Shown here piece after piece: positions 1 to 9,982 of a DNA stretch of 32,000 bases (the first letter of the stretch is position 1; every line of letters starts with the position of its first letter). The DNA comes from Aliivibrio fischeri ES114 (GTDB lineage: Bacteria > Pseudomonadota > Gammaproteobacteria > Enterobacterales > Vibrionaceae), in the NCBI RefSeq assembly GCF_000011805.1, contig NC_006840.2. One strand, given 5' to 3'. The notes under the pieces are model-generated. The model saw nothing but the letters and a program-made list of their open reading frames with translations. It ran no database searches and had not been told where the DNA came from. Made by a program: the position numbers and the translations under genes.

Positions 1-835
1 CGTAGCGCTCTACTGGTAAGTGGTGACGACTTGGTGCTAAGTATTGACCCAGAGTAAGCATGGTTACACCATGAGCTCGTAAGTCTTTTAATACTTCAAC
101 AATCTCTTCTTTTGTTTCACCTAAGCCCATCATTAGGCCCGATTTAGTTGGAACGTTCGGGTGCTGTTCTTTGAACTTTTTAAGTAGATCTAAAGACCAT
201 TGGTAATTCGCTCCTGGGCGTACTTTACGGTAAAGACGAGGCGCGGTTTCTAAGTTATGGTTAAATACATCTGGTGGGTTATCGATCATCGCTTCAAGAG
301 CACGATCCATACGGCCACGGAAATCTGGAACCAATGTTTCAATGCGGATTTCAGGATTTAATGCACGGATTTCACGGTTACAATCTGCAAAATGCTGAGC
401 ACCACCATCACGTAAATCATCACGGTCAACCGAAGTAATTACAACATACTTCAATTTCATATCTTGAATTGTTTTAGCCAGTTTTTTTGGTTCTTCTGCT
501 TCTGGTGCAACAGGACGGCCATGGGCTACATCACAGAAAGGACAACGGCGGGTACAGATAGCACCTAAGATCATGAAGGTTGCAGTACCGTGGTTAAAAC
601 ATTCAGCTAGGTTAGGGCAAGATGCTTCTTCACATACCGAGTGAAGGTTATTCTTACGCATTGCTGACTTGATATCGTCGATACGTTTACTGCTAGCAGG
701 AAGTTTGATTTTCATCCATTCAGGCTTACGTAGTACTTCTTTTTGCTCTGTAGGCATGTTTTTAACTGGAATTAATGCCATTTTATCGGCATCGCGGTAT
801 TTTACACCTTTTTCCATTTGGATTGGCTTACTCAT
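1..835 (-). CDS. lipA: Lipoyl synthase (partial; runs off the left window edge), absent from ORF track
   Basis: Hand translation of the minus strand from ATG at 835 gives [24 protein letters not shown]...[39 protein letters not shown]; contains the LipA-type cysteine motifs including radical-SAM CTRRCPFC; directly downstream of lipB. Confidence 0.96.
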   Translation of the reverse strand, partial: MSKPIQMEKGVKYRDADKMALIPVKNMPTEQKEVLRKPEWMKIKLPASSKRIDDIKSAMRKNNLHSVCEEASCPNLAECFNHGTATFMILGAICTRRCPFCDVAHGRPVAPEAEEPKKLAKTIQDMKLKYVVITSVDRDDLRDGGAQHFADCNREIRALNPEIRIETLVPDFRGRMDRALEAMIDNPPDVFNHNLETAPRLYRKVRPGANYQWSLDLLKKFKEQHPNVPTKSGLMMGLGETKEEIVEVLKDLRAHGVTMLTLGQYLAPSRHHLPVERY

Positions 836-1505
836 GATTGCTGCTTTCCGTTAAATACTCGATATCAGTGTAATCAAGTAGTGTTGTTAATTCTTTAATC
901 AGTAAAGGATGAACATCTTCGACGTGTTCTGCTTTATTCTCTACTGTCATGTTATCTTTAACTAAGTCATGAAGTTGGATCATTTCCATACCAGCATAAC
1001 CACAAGGGTTTATACGTAGGAAAGGAGATAAATCCATATTAATGTTAAGTGCTAATCCATGAAATGAACATCCTTTACGGATGCGTAATCCTAATGAGCA
1101 GATTTTCTTGTTATCAACATACACTCCCGGAGCATCAGGACGTGCTGCTGACTCAACATTAAAATGACTTAATGTATTGATTACGGTATTTTCAATATGC
1201 GTTACTAATTCACGTACACCAATGTTTTTACGTCGCAAATTAATTAATACATAAGCAACTAATTGACCCGGACCGTGATAAGTCACTTGTCCACCTCTAT
1301 CGCTTTTTACAATAGGGATATCACCAGCAGCAAGAACGTGTTCTTCTTTGCCTGCTTGTCCTTGTGTAAATACAGGGTTATGTTCCACTAGCCATACTTC
1401 ATCACATGTATTTTCATCACGTTCATCGGTAAAAGTATGCATTGCTTTCCATACCGGTTCGTAATCTTGTCGACCAAGATTTTTAACCACTAGACGTTTG
1501 TTCAA
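828..1505 (-). CDS. lipB: Octanoyltransferase LipB (TTG start)
   Basis: ORF 225 aa with [31 protein letters not shown] and INPCGYAG motifs typical of LipB; start codon is TTG (plus-strand CAA 1503-1505); overlaps the lipA start by 8 nt. Confidence 0.95.
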   Translation of the reverse strand: MNKRLVVKNLGRQDYEPVWKAMHTFTDERDENTCDEVWLVEHNPVFTQGQAGKEEHVLAAGDIPIVKSDRGGQVTYHGPGQLVAYVLINLRRKNIGVRELVTHIENTVINTLSHFNVESAARPDAPGVYVDNKKICSLGLRIRKGCSFHGLALNINMDLSPFLRINPCGYAGMEMIQLHDLVKDNMTVENKAEHVEDVHPLLIKELTTLLDYTDIEYLTESSNHE

Positions 1506-1603
1506 TTAGATCACACTAGGTTGAAAATTTGCCTAATGATAGCAAGGATAGAAGGGAAGGAATAGATAAGAAATGTAGGGGTATATCAAAAGATCAAAAA
1601 GGT

Positions 1604-1630
1604 AGGCAATATTATCAACTAATATTGCCT
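1604..1630 (-). terminator. Rho-independent terminator downstream of ybeD
   Basis: Minus strand AGGCAATATTA-GTTGA-TAATATTGCCT (11-bp perfect stem) followed by ACCTTTTTG, just after the ybeD stop codon. Confidence 0.85.
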
Positions 1631-1639
1631 ATCATTTTA

Positions 1640-1921
1640 TTACAGAACCATACGAACGATTTCGATTTCCGCTAGTTCTTTATAAAGCGTTTCTACTTGC
1701 TCAATAGAGGTCGCTGTAATGCTTACAGATACTGAGTGGTAGTTACCTTTGCCACTTGGCTTTACTGCTGGTGTGTAATCGCCAGGAGCATGACGTTGGA
1801 TTACTTCAAGAACAAGCTCAGGTAGCTCTTCATGAGCAAGGCCAACGGCTTTGTAAGTAAATTTACATGGGAATTCTAGAAGATCTTTTAGCTTTGGTTG
1901 CTCTTGCATAACCGTCTCCAA
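1640..1921 (-). CDS. ybeD: YbeD/DUF493 family protein
   Basis: 93 aa; [20 protein letters not shown]... and ...[26 protein letters not shown]; position between dacA and lipB as in E. coli. Confidence 0.9.
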   Translation of the reverse strand: METVMQEQPKLKDLLEFPCKFTYKAVGLAHEELPELVLEVIQRHAPGDYTPAVKPSGKGNYHSVSVSITATSIEQVETLYKELAEIEIVRMVL

Positions 1922-1997
1922 TCGAGAGTGGATAATATATGTTGAGAATATTACTGTGACCTAGGTCAGATAACAAGTGTTAATCCAGTAAATTAAA

Positions 1998-2019
1998 AAA
2001 GGCAACCGAAGCTGCCTTT
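1998..2019 (-). terminator. Terminator downstream of dacA
   Basis: Minus strand AAAGGCAGC-TTCG-GTTGCCTTT followed by TTT; C(UUCG)G-capped stem. Confidence 0.85.
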
Positions 2020-2044
2020 TATGTGTTTTAAGTTTAGCTGAATA

Positions 2045-3220
2045 TTAGCTTAACCAGCCTTTAAACATTAGAACAATGTAATCGATAAGACGGCTAAAGA
2101 TGCCACCTTCTTCAACATCATTTAGAGCTAATAGTGGGTATTCAGCAATGTCTTCACCATCGATTTGGTAGTAAAGCTTACCAACAACATCACCTTTGTA
2201 GATAGGTGCTTCAAGCGTTTTTTCTAATACAAAGCTTGCTGTCATTTTCTTAGCTTGGCCACGTGGTAAAGTAACATACGTGTCTTCTGCAACACCTAAA
2301 GCAACTTCGTCAGTGCTACCCATCCATACTTTTTCAGTTACGAATGTTTCATTAGCTTTATGTGGAGAAACAGTTTCAAAGAAACGGAAACCGTAATTCA
2401 GTAACTTTTTACTTTCAGCTTTACGCGCATTACCAGATTTAGTTCCCATAACAACGGCAACTAAACGCATTTTGCCTTCAGTTGCTGAACTTACTAGGTT
2501 AAAACCAGCACCGTTTGTATGGCCTGTTTTAATGCCATCAACGTTCATGCTTTTATCCCACAATAGACCATTTCGGTTGTATTGAGTGATACCGTTGTAA
2601 GTGAATGATTTTTCAGAATATACGCGATATTCTTCAGGTACATCTCGGATTAATGCTTGACCAATCAATGCCATATCATAAGGCGTTGAGTATAGGTCAT
2701 CACGATCAAGACCATGAACGTTAGCAAAGTGTGTGTTTTTCAGATTTAATGTTTTTGCCCACGCGTTCATTAGGTCAACGAATGCATCTTCAGAGCCGGC
2801 TACGTGTTCAGCCATAGCAACACAAGCATCGTTACCTGATTGAATGATAATACCTTTATTAAGTTCACGAACTTTTACAGTACTACCCACTTCGATGAAC
2901 ATTTTTGATGAACCAGGGAAGTTTTTAGCCCAAGCATTTTTGCTGATAACAACATCGTCATCCATTGAAATGTTGCCACTTTCAATTTCTTGACCGATAA
3001 CATAACTTGTCATCATTTTAGTTAAGCTTGCAGGGTTCATACGAACGTTCATATCTTTTTCAGCCAATACTTTGCCTGAATGATAGTCCATTAATACGTA
3101 GCCTTTAGCTGCGATTTGCGGTGCATTTGGAATAACCGCAGGTGCTGCTACAGCAACGGTTGAGCCTAAAATAAAGCTCGATAAGATAAGTCGTTTTAAC
3201 TGTTTCGCTGAATTTTTCAT
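2045..3220 (-). CDS. dacA: D-alanyl-D-alanine carboxypeptidase (PBP5/6 type)
   Basis: 391 aa with signal peptide, SLTK, SGN and KTG penicillin-binding motifs, and a C-terminal amphipathic tail. Confidence 0.95.
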   Translation of the reverse strand: MKNSAKQLKRLILSSFILGSTVAVAAPAVIPNAPQIAAKGYVLMDYHSGKVLAEKDMNVRMNPASLTKMMTSYVIGQEIESGNISMDDDVVISKNAWAKNFPGSSKMFIEVGSTVKVRELNKGIIIQSGNDACVAMAEHVAGSEDAFVDLMNAWAKTLNLKNTHFANVHGLDRDDLYSTPYDMALIGQALIRDVPEEYRVYSEKSFTYNGITQYNRNGLLWDKSMNVDGIKTGHTNGAGFNLVSSATEGKMRLVAVVMGTKSGNARKAESKKLLNYGFRFFETVSPHKANETFVTEKVWMGSTDEVALGVAEDTYVTLPRGQAKKMTASFVLEKTLEAPIYKGDVVGKLYYQIDGEDIAEYPLLALNDVEEGGIFSRLIDYIVLMFKGWLS

Positions 3221-3500
3221 AATAATAACTTTGCACTGTGAGGTAGTGAAACTGCGTACATAATAGCAGATTTGAATATCATAACCAGATGTGTAATTAA
3301 ATAACTGATTTTATATGAAAAGAAAGATAATAAAAATTCATCTGCTCTTTTTATGAGACATCCCTATCTTGTTGTTATCTAAAGACAATAAGATTCTGCA
3401 TTAGTTCATTAATATTTACATCAATAAGAGATGCTGGATATTTACTTACAATATTTACTAAAGATTGACATTTCTGTTGATATTGTCATCTTTGAAATCA

Positions 3501-4310
3501 TTATTTCTTCAATTCTTGGATGATAAACGCTGAAGTATATTGTCCATTTTTTGCTTCGATCAATGTTTTATCTGCTCTGTCTCTATCAATAAAAGGCCCT
3601 AAACGAACACGGTAAACATTGCCTGATTTTATAATGTTTGTTGGAGCATTAAATTGAGCTTCTAGTTTCTTTGCTATTTTATCCGCACTTTGTTCATTTT
3701 TAACGGCGACCATTTGAATATGATATTGATTAGGGTCTATTGCGTGCCATTCTTGCGGGTTAGTCGGTTTAGCTACAGAAATATATTCGATTTTAACATT
3801 TGCTGTACCGGTTTTAAGTACATCAAGTTTGGCGGCAGCTGCAAAACTTAAGTCTATGATCCGACCTTCATGAAAAGGTCCACGATCATTAACTCGAACA
3901 ATGGCTGTTTTTCCATTGTCTTTGTTAGTTACTTTTACATAACTTGGAAGCGGCAGTGTTTTATGAGCAGCACTCATTGAATACATATCATAAACTTCGC
4001 CATTTGATGTTTTATGGCCATGAAATTTTTTGCCATACCAAGAACTTATCCCTTCTTGAGTGAACCCTTTGGGTTCTTTCACTATCGGGTAATCTTTGCC
4101 TAATAAGGTGTAATCTTTGTTGCCATATAAGCTTTTTGGCTCGTAGCGAGGGTGAGCATCTTCGATATGTTCAACTGAAATTGGCATATCCGGAGCAATA
4201 TCATTATCAATTTGATAACGACCAGCATTAGGTTCATCAGTTGTTTTTTGGGGTGGTTCAGAAGCACAACCCGCTAATATAAGAGAAACTGCAAGTAGAA
4301 TAACACGCAT
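3501..4310 (-). CDS. rlpA: RlpA-family septal ring lipoprotein / lytic transglycosylase with SPOR domain
   Basis: Lipobox LILAGCA; double-psi beta-barrel region GISSWYGKKFHGHKTSNGEVYDMYSMSAAHKTLPLPSYVKVTN...VRVNDRGPF; C-terminal SPOR-like repeat. Confidence 0.93.
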   Translation of the reverse strand: MRVILLAVSLILAGCASEPPQKTTDEPNAGRYQIDNDIAPDMPISVEHIEDAHPRYEPKSLYGNKDYTLLGKDYPIVKEPKGFTQEGISSWYGKKFHGHKTSNGEVYDMYSMSAAHKTLPLPSYVKVTNKDNGKTAIVRVNDRGPFHEGRIIDLSFAAAAKLDVLKTGTANVKIEYISVAKPTNPQEWHAIDPNQYHIQMVAVKNEQSADKIAKKLEAQFNAPTNIIKSGNVYRVRLGPFIDRDRADKTLIEAKNGQYTSAFIIQELKK

Positions 4311-5431
4311 TAATTTGCCTTTGAGTGAACTTTTCTATGTGTATGGATTGACATTAAAATACCAAAGCCTGCCATTAGGGTAACCATGGATGTTCCTCCA
4401 TAACTAACTAATGGAAGAGGGACACCAACAACAGGAAGAATACCACTTACCATGCCTATGTTTACAAAAATATAAACAAAGAAGCTTAGCACCACACTTC
4501 CTCCCATCATTCGTCCAAATGCAGTTTGCGCTTGGCTTGCTAAGAATAAACCACGACCAATAATAAATAGGTAGAGAGCAAGTAAAGCGATAACACCAAT
4601 AAGCCCCCATTCTTCAGCAATCACTGCAAAAATGAAATCGGTATGTCGCTCTGGTATGAATTCAAGTTGAGATTGGGTTCCGTGTAACCATCCTTTTCCT
4701 AATAGGCCGCCAGAACCAATAGCTATCTTGGATTGAATAATATGATAACCAGCACCAAGTGGATCAGATTCAGGGTTAAATAATGTTTGAACACGAACTT
4801 TTTGATAAGGTCGCATCAAGAAGAACCATAAAATAGGGATAAAAGCGCCAACGGCAACTGCTGCTGCTGTGATTATTTTCCAACTGATACCTGCTAGAAA
4901 AATAACGAAGATACCCGATGCTGCAATCAGTATAGAAGTGCCTAGATCTGGTTGTTTAGCAATCATAATGGTCGGAACAAAGACCATTAATAGAGCAAAA
5001 AATAGAGTTCTAACGGTTGGCGGTAATGGTTTATTGCCGATATAACGAGCCACCATTAATGGTACGGCTAATTTGATAAGTTCTGATGGTTGAAATCGAA
5101 CAAAGCCGAAGTTCAACCATCGTTGAGCGCCTTTTGACGCCTCTCCAAAAAGGAGAACCCCTAATAATAGGAAAATTCCTATAGTGAAAACATAGGGAGC
5201 AGCGGCTTCGTAGGCTCTTGGTGATATTTGCGCAAGAAAGAACATGACACCCAAAGAAAGCAACATTCTCATTGCTTGCTTATCCATCATCAATAAGCTT
5301 TGACCACTAGCGCTATACATAATAACTAAGGCACATGCCATCAATAATAAAATGCCTAGCAATAGTGGTAAATCTAAATGGATACGATGAAAAAAGTCGC
5401 GATTCTTTCCTGATGCAATATCAACTCTCAT
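4310..5431 (-). CDS. mrdB: RodA, SEDS-family peptidoglycan polymerase
   Basis: 373 aa multi-pass membrane protein with [29 protein letters not shown] and [17 protein letters not shown]-type motifs; adjacent to mrdA. Confidence 0.95.
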   Translation of the reverse strand: MRVDIASGKNRDFFHRIHLDLPLLLGILLLMACALVIMYSASGQSLLMMDKQAMRMLLSLGVMFFLAQISPRAYEAAAPYVFTIGIFLLLGVLLFGEASKGAQRWLNFGFVRFQPSELIKLAVPLMVARYIGNKPLPPTVRTLFFALLMVFVPTIMIAKQPDLGTSILIAASGIFVIFLAGISWKIITAAAVAVGAFIPILWFFLMRPYQKVRVQTLFNPESDPLGAGYHIIQSKIAIGSGGLLGKGWLHGTQSQLEFIPERHTDFIFAVIAEEWGLIGVIALLALYLFIIGRGLFLASQAQTAFGRMMGGSVVLSFFVYIFVNIGMVSGILPVVGVPLPLVSYGGTSMVTLMAGFGILMSIHTHRKVHSKAN

Positions 5432-7311
5432 TACTTCTTAGCTGCCTCTTCCGTTTTCGGTAGTAATACATAATCGAAGACGTGACGAGCTATTGGACCA
5501 CCTTGGCTAGAGCCACCACCACCATTCTCTAATACGAGAGAAATAATAACTTTTGGATCTTTTGCTGGTGCAAAACCGGTAAATAAAGCGTGGTCACGCA
5601 AATGCTCTGCAATTTCATCAGCATTATATTCTTCATCTTCTTTTAGACCGAATACTTGCGATGTACCTGATTTACCTGCACTCACATAAGGTGTGCCTGC
5701 AAAAGCTCTTCTTGCTGTACCTTTACGTCCATTATTTACTAGAATCATGCCATCAATAGCTAATTGCCAGTAACTGTCTTTTACCCCTTCAATTGGTGGG
5801 TAAGGCTCTGGTTCATAAGGCACTTCTTTATTATTTTCAATAATACCTTTTAATAAATGTGGTGCTTGAACTTTACCATGGTTGGTTAATACAGCAGTTG
5901 CTTTTGCAAGCTGCATTGGCGTTGCTGTCCAATAGCCTTGACCAATACCTACAGGGATAGTATCCCCTTGATACCATGGGGTACGGAAACGGGCAACTTT
6001 CCATTCTCGAGTAGGCATATTCGCTTTGCTTTCTTCACGAATATCAATACCGGTGTAATCACCAAAACCAAACTTCATCATCCACGTTGATAGTCTATCA
6101 ATGCCCATATCATAGGCGATTTGATAGAAGAAGGTATCAACAGACTCTTCAATAGATTGTTTTAAGTTAACTGTACCGTGACCCCAGCGCTTCCAGTCTC
6201 TAAATGGTTTAGTCTTAGAGTTAGGTATGCGCCAATAACCCGGGTCATCACGAGTTGTTTCTGTCGTAACAATTTTCTCTTTTAATGCTGCAACAGCAAT
6301 AAATGGTTTTACGGTTGATGCTGGCGGATAGATACCTAATGTGCTTCTGTTAACTAATGGACGATCAGGATCATTTAATAGAGCGCTGTAATTTTTACTT
6401 GAAATACCATGTACAAATAAGTTTGGATCATAGCTTGGGCTTGAAACCATAGCTAAAACTGCACTGGTTTTAGGGTCAAGTACAATGGCAGAACCTCTGC
6501 GTCCATCCAGTTGTTTTTCAACAAACTTTTGAAGTTTTATATCAAGGTTTAATACGATGTCTTTACCAGGGATTGGTGGTACGTATTTTAACGTTCGAAT
6601 TACTCGGCCTCGGCTATTAACTTCAACTTCTTGATAGCCGGCGGTTCCATGAAGGATATCTTCATAAAAGCGTTCAATACCTAATTTACCAATATCACGA
6701 GTTGCTTGATAATTTGCGTCTTTTTCTTCACGTGCTAAACGAGCCAAATCACGATCGTTAATTTTAGCTACATAACCAAGTACATGAGTGAGTGTTTTTC
6801 CGTAAGGATAAAAGCGCTTTAAGTAGGCTTTTATTTCAACACCTTGGAATTTATGCTGATTCACAGAAAATATCGCTACCTGTTCTTGCGTTAGTTGGGT
6901 AAGAAGAGGGACGGATTTAAAACGACGAGTTCGGCGACGTTCTTTCTGAAAGTCATCAATATTATCTTGTGTTATTGGCAAGATAGTTTGTAATTCTGTA
7001 AACAAAAGAGAAAGATCTGACACTTTGTCAGGGGTGACTTCTAAATTAAAAACAGGGCGGTTTTCCGCTAATGGATTTCCGCTTCTATCAAAGATTAATC
7101 CTCGGTTTGGTGCGATAGGGACTATCTTAATACGGTTATCATTTGAGCGTGTTTTATAATCTTGAAATTCATTGATTTGAATGTTGTACAAGTTAGTCAA
7201 AAGCAGACCAATAAGTACAATGATCCCTGAAAACGAGATAATTGCACGTGATGCAAATAATCTCGTTTCAGCGTGATAGTCACGGATCTGTGTGCGTTTG
7301 CGCTTAATCAA
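5431..7311 (-). CDS. mrdA: Penicillin-binding protein 2
   Basis: 626 aa; transpeptidase motifs STVK, SVD ([13 protein letters not shown]) and KSGTSQ; partner rodA adjacent. Confidence 0.95.
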   Translation of the reverse strand: MIKRKRTQIRDYHAETRLFASRAIISFSGIIVLIGLLLTNLYNIQINEFQDYKTRSNDNRIKIVPIAPNRGLIFDRSGNPLAENRPVFNLEVTPDKVSDLSLLFTELQTILPITQDNIDDFQKERRRTRRFKSVPLLTQLTQEQVAIFSVNQHKFQGVEIKAYLKRFYPYGKTLTHVLGYVAKINDRDLARLAREEKDANYQATRDIGKLGIERFYEDILHGTAGYQEVEVNSRGRVIRTLKYVPPIPGKDIVLNLDIKLQKFVEKQLDGRRGSAIVLDPKTSAVLAMVSSPSYDPNLFVHGISSKNYSALLNDPDRPLVNRSTLGIYPPASTVKPFIAVAALKEKIVTTETTRDDPGYWRIPNSKTKPFRDWKRWGHGTVNLKQSIEESVDTFFYQIAYDMGIDRLSTWMMKFGFGDYTGIDIREESKANMPTREWKVARFRTPWYQGDTIPVGIGQGYWTATPMQLAKATAVLTNHGKVQAPHLLKGIIENNKEVPYEPEPYPPIEGVKDSYWQLAIDGMILVNNGRKGTARRAFAGTPYVSAGKSGTSQVFGLKEDEEYNADEIAEHLRDHALFTGFAPAKDPKVIISLVLENGGGGSSQGGPIARHVFDYVLLPKTEEAAKK

Positions 7312-7314
7312 CTC

Positions 7315-7785
7315 TTATTCTCTATGGTAAGGATGATTTGCCGTAATACTCCATGCTCGATATAGGCTTTCAGCCATGACAACTCGAACCAGAGGGTGAG
7401 GGAGGGTTAGTGGTGATAAAGACCAGCTTTGATCGGCCGCTGCCTTACATGCAGGAGCCAAACCTTCAGGGCCACCTATTAAAATAGATACATCACGAGC
7501 GTCTAATTTCCAAGCTTCCAGTTGTTCTGCTAATTGCTCTGTATCCCAGCGTTTTCCAGGAATATCAAGCGTTACGATACGGTTGCCTTTAGGAACAGCA
7601 GCAAGCATTGCTTCACCTTCTTTTTGAAGGATTCGAGCTATGTCGGCATTTTTACCACGTTTTCCTGCTGTGATTTCTACGAGCTCAAGAGGCATATCTT
7701 TAGGGAAGCGTCGGCTGTATTCTTTGTAGCCTTCTTCAACCCATTTAGGCATTTTAGTTCCAACAGCGACTAACTGAATTTTCAT
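7315..7785 (-). CDS. rlmH: 23S rRNA (pseudouridine1915-N3)-methyltransferase
   Basis: 156 aa; [28 protein letters not shown]...FLIGGPEG-type and [32 protein letters not shown]-terminus. Confidence 0.96.
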   Translation of the reverse strand: MKIQLVAVGTKMPKWVEEGYKEYSRRFPKDMPLELVEITAGKRGKNADIARILQKEGEAMLAAVPKGNRIVTLDIPGKRWDTEQLAEQLEAWKLDARDVSILIGGPEGLAPACKAAADQSWSLSPLTLPHPLVRVVMAESLYRAWSITANHPYHRE

Positions 7786-7789
7786 GGAG

Positions 7790-8116
7790 TTAGCTCCACA
7801 GTTTTTCTAGTTGGTATAACTCACGGTGTTCTTCTTGTAGGATATGAACCATAACATTTCCCATATCGACAACAACCCATTCGCCTTCTGATTCACCATC
7901 AATCCCATAAGGCATTAGGCCAGCTTCTTTTGCTTTGTCTGATACATTTGATGCAATAGAGCTTACATGACGTTTAGATGTTCCTGTACATACGATCATA
8001 AAATCGGTAATGCTTGATTTACCACGAACATCAAGAGTTGTTATGTTTTCAGCTTTCATATCATCAACGTTGTTGAATAGAAAATCATGGAGTTCTTTAT
8101 CTTGCAAAGTCATCAC
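7790..8116 (-). CDS. rsfS: Ribosomal silencing factor RsfS
   Basis: 108 aa; [27 protein letters not shown]...[16 protein letters not shown]. Confidence 0.95.
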   Translation of the reverse strand: MMTLQDKELHDFLFNNVDDMKAENITTLDVRGKSSITDFMIVCTGTSKRHVSSIASNVSDKAKEAGLMPYGIDGESEGEWVVVDMGNVMVHILQEEHRELYQLEKLWS

Positions 8117-8160
8117 CTAGAAATGGGTTATTTATAATGAAGTATATCAGTGAACGCCGC

Positions 8161-9195
8161 TTAATGAGAGACGTTCGATGTCACCGAAATGTGAATATTG
8201 CACATATCTAGCGTTAGTTGGCTAAGTTGTGGCCAGCAATCACTGTCATAGTCTGTTTTTGTCGCTATTTCGATCTGTGCAAGTAAGCGAATTAATTGTT
8301 TTATTTGAGTTATTGATAAGCGCTGTAAAGCTGCTTGATATAGTGCTCGGCGGTTTTGCCATACTTTATATCGATCAAAAACAGTAAACATTGCTTCGCC
8401 TTGAGATAGCGAATATTGGAATGTTTGTAGTAACAGTAGCTCTTTTTGTAATGTGCGCAGAAGAATGATGACTTCTGTTCCTTCACTTTCAAGTTGACGA
8501 AGAATGCGCTGTGCACGTTTGGCTTGACCTGATAATAACGTGTCGACCAATTGAAACGGCGTAAAATGATTGTTTCTATTTAAGGCTTCTTCTATTCGAA
8601 TTAATGTTAGTAAGCCATCAGGATATAAAAGGGCTAATTTATCTAGGCTTTGAGCAAGCGCTAATAAATTGCCTTCGTGCCATTGGGCAAGCATTTGAAT
8701 CGCTTCTGCATCAGGTTTTAGCTTTAACTTTTTACAACGTTGTTGGATAAAACGAGGTAACTGCTGATTGTCAGGTGTATTACATGGAATAAATAAACCT
8801 AACTGCGTTAACGCCTTAAACCACTGGGTGTTTTCTTGAGCTTTATTAACTCTTGGGCCTTGTAACAATAAAATTATATCGTCATGCAGTGTTGGTACGA
8901 GTTCTTTTAGCTTGCTTGTATGTGCGGTTGTCATTCCAGTGTCAGGAATGGTTAGCTCTATTATTTGTCTAGATGAAAAAAGGCTTAACGCTTGAGTGCA
9001 ATCAAATACGTTATTCCAATCTAACTGCTTATCCAGTGTAAATTGGTGTTTTTCTTCAAAACCTTGAGTAAATGCCGCTTGGCGAATTGCATCAAGGCTT
9101 TCTTGTTTTAACAGAGGCTCATTACCAAACAGCAAATAGCATTGACGTAGCCCACGTTCTAAGTTTTGAGCTAATTGTTCAGGGAATACACGCAT
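8161..9195 (-). CDS. holA: DNA polymerase III delta subunit
   Basis: 344 aa; N-terminal MRVFPEQLAQNLERGLRQCYLLFGNEPLLKQESLDAIR; gene order between lptE and rsfS. Confidence 0.92.
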   Translation of the reverse strand: MRVFPEQLAQNLERGLRQCYLLFGNEPLLKQESLDAIRQAAFTQGFEEKHQFTLDKQLDWNNVFDCTQALSLFSSRQIIELTIPDTGMTTAHTSKLKELVPTLHDDIILLLQGPRVNKAQENTQWFKALTQLGLFIPCNTPDNQQLPRFIQQRCKKLKLKPDAEAIQMLAQWHEGNLLALAQSLDKLALLYPDGLLTLIRIEEALNRNNHFTPFQLVDTLLSGQAKRAQRILRQLESEGTEVIILLRTLQKELLLLQTFQYSLSQGEAMFTVFDRYKVWQNRRALYQAALQRLSITQIKQLIRLLAQIEIATKTDYDSDCWPQLSQLTLDMCNIHISVTSNVSH

Positions 9196-9197
9196 GA

Positions 9198-9815
9198 TTA
9201 TTGAGTTGTTTCAGCTGTAGTGCTCATTGATTTTATGACTTCTTTCGTTGTCACTTTACTTTCAGTTTCATCATCGTGCGTAATTACATCGCTTGTTTCC
9301 ACTGGTGCATCATCTGCTTTTAAACGCGCCATTTGGCGTAAAATCTGCTCAGCTGCTTGAGCTCGCATCTCTTCTTCGATCATATCTCGTTCAACCGATT
9401 TTGCTAAGGCTGTTAGTGGGTTATCAAGGTAATTACGGTTTACCGTTGTTGTATATGTTTTTAAATCATGGCCCGGAATTAAAACGCTATAGCTAACATT
9501 GTAAGTAAGCTCTTTTTCGGCCGCACGGCTGTTTTGATAAAGTGACAAAGTACGCTCATTTAGACTTTCACTGATTAAATCTAAACTTGGAGTTACCGTT
9601 GTTGGTGCGACCTGACGGATACCATTCATGCGAAGTTGCTTTTGAACATCACGAGTTAGTGAACTGTATTGGTCAAAACTCGTTAATGATATTTCATGAA
9701 CTTCATCTGGTAATAAATAATCACCACGTAGGTGAAACCCACAGGCTGAAGTCATTAATGAAAGAGTCAGAACGATTACCGTTCGAAGAGAAAATAGAGA
9801 TAAAAGTCGTTTCAC
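9198..9815 (-). CDS. lptE: LPS-assembly lipoprotein LptE
   Basis: 205 aa; lipobox region LMTSACGFHLRG; RDVQKQLRMNGI; gene order leuS-lptE-holA. Confidence 0.92.
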   Translation of the reverse strand: MKRLLSLFSLRTVIVLTLSLMTSACGFHLRGDYLLPDEVHEISLTSFDQYSSLTRDVQKQLRMNGIRQVAPTTVTPSLDLISESLNERTLSLYQNSRAAEKELTYNVSYSVLIPGHDLKTYTTTVNRNYLDNPLTALAKSVERDMIEEEMRAQAAEQILRQMARLKADDAPVETSDVITHDDETESKVTTKEVIKSMSTTAETTQ

Positions 9816-9844
9816 CGAGTAACTCCCTCAAGTGGTGATAAAAA

Positions 9845-9908
9845 TGCTTATTTAACCACTTTATCGGCTCTCTTATGGATTGCATAAGACAAAATGGTTA
9901 AATAAGCA
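9845..9908 (-). terminator. Long-loop terminator-like inverted repeat between leuS and lptE
   Basis: Perfect 14-bp inverted repeat TGCTTATTTAACCA/TGGTTAAATAAGCA (9845-9858 and 9895-9908) with nested TCTTAT/ATAAGA hairpin in the loop; minus-strand 3' arm is followed by TTTT. Confidence 0.5.
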
Positions 9909-9982
9909 CAAGCGGATAGCCGCTTATGCTTTAGTAGAAAAGTAATAAGAAAAATGGTTCAAATTACTTTTCTTATCGTTTC

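Noticed and set aside
3221-3500. 280-bp A/T-rich gap between dacA and rlpA
   Set aside because: Only a weak TGACA/TGTCA inverted repeat near the rlpA stop; otherwise consistent with an ordinary promoter region.
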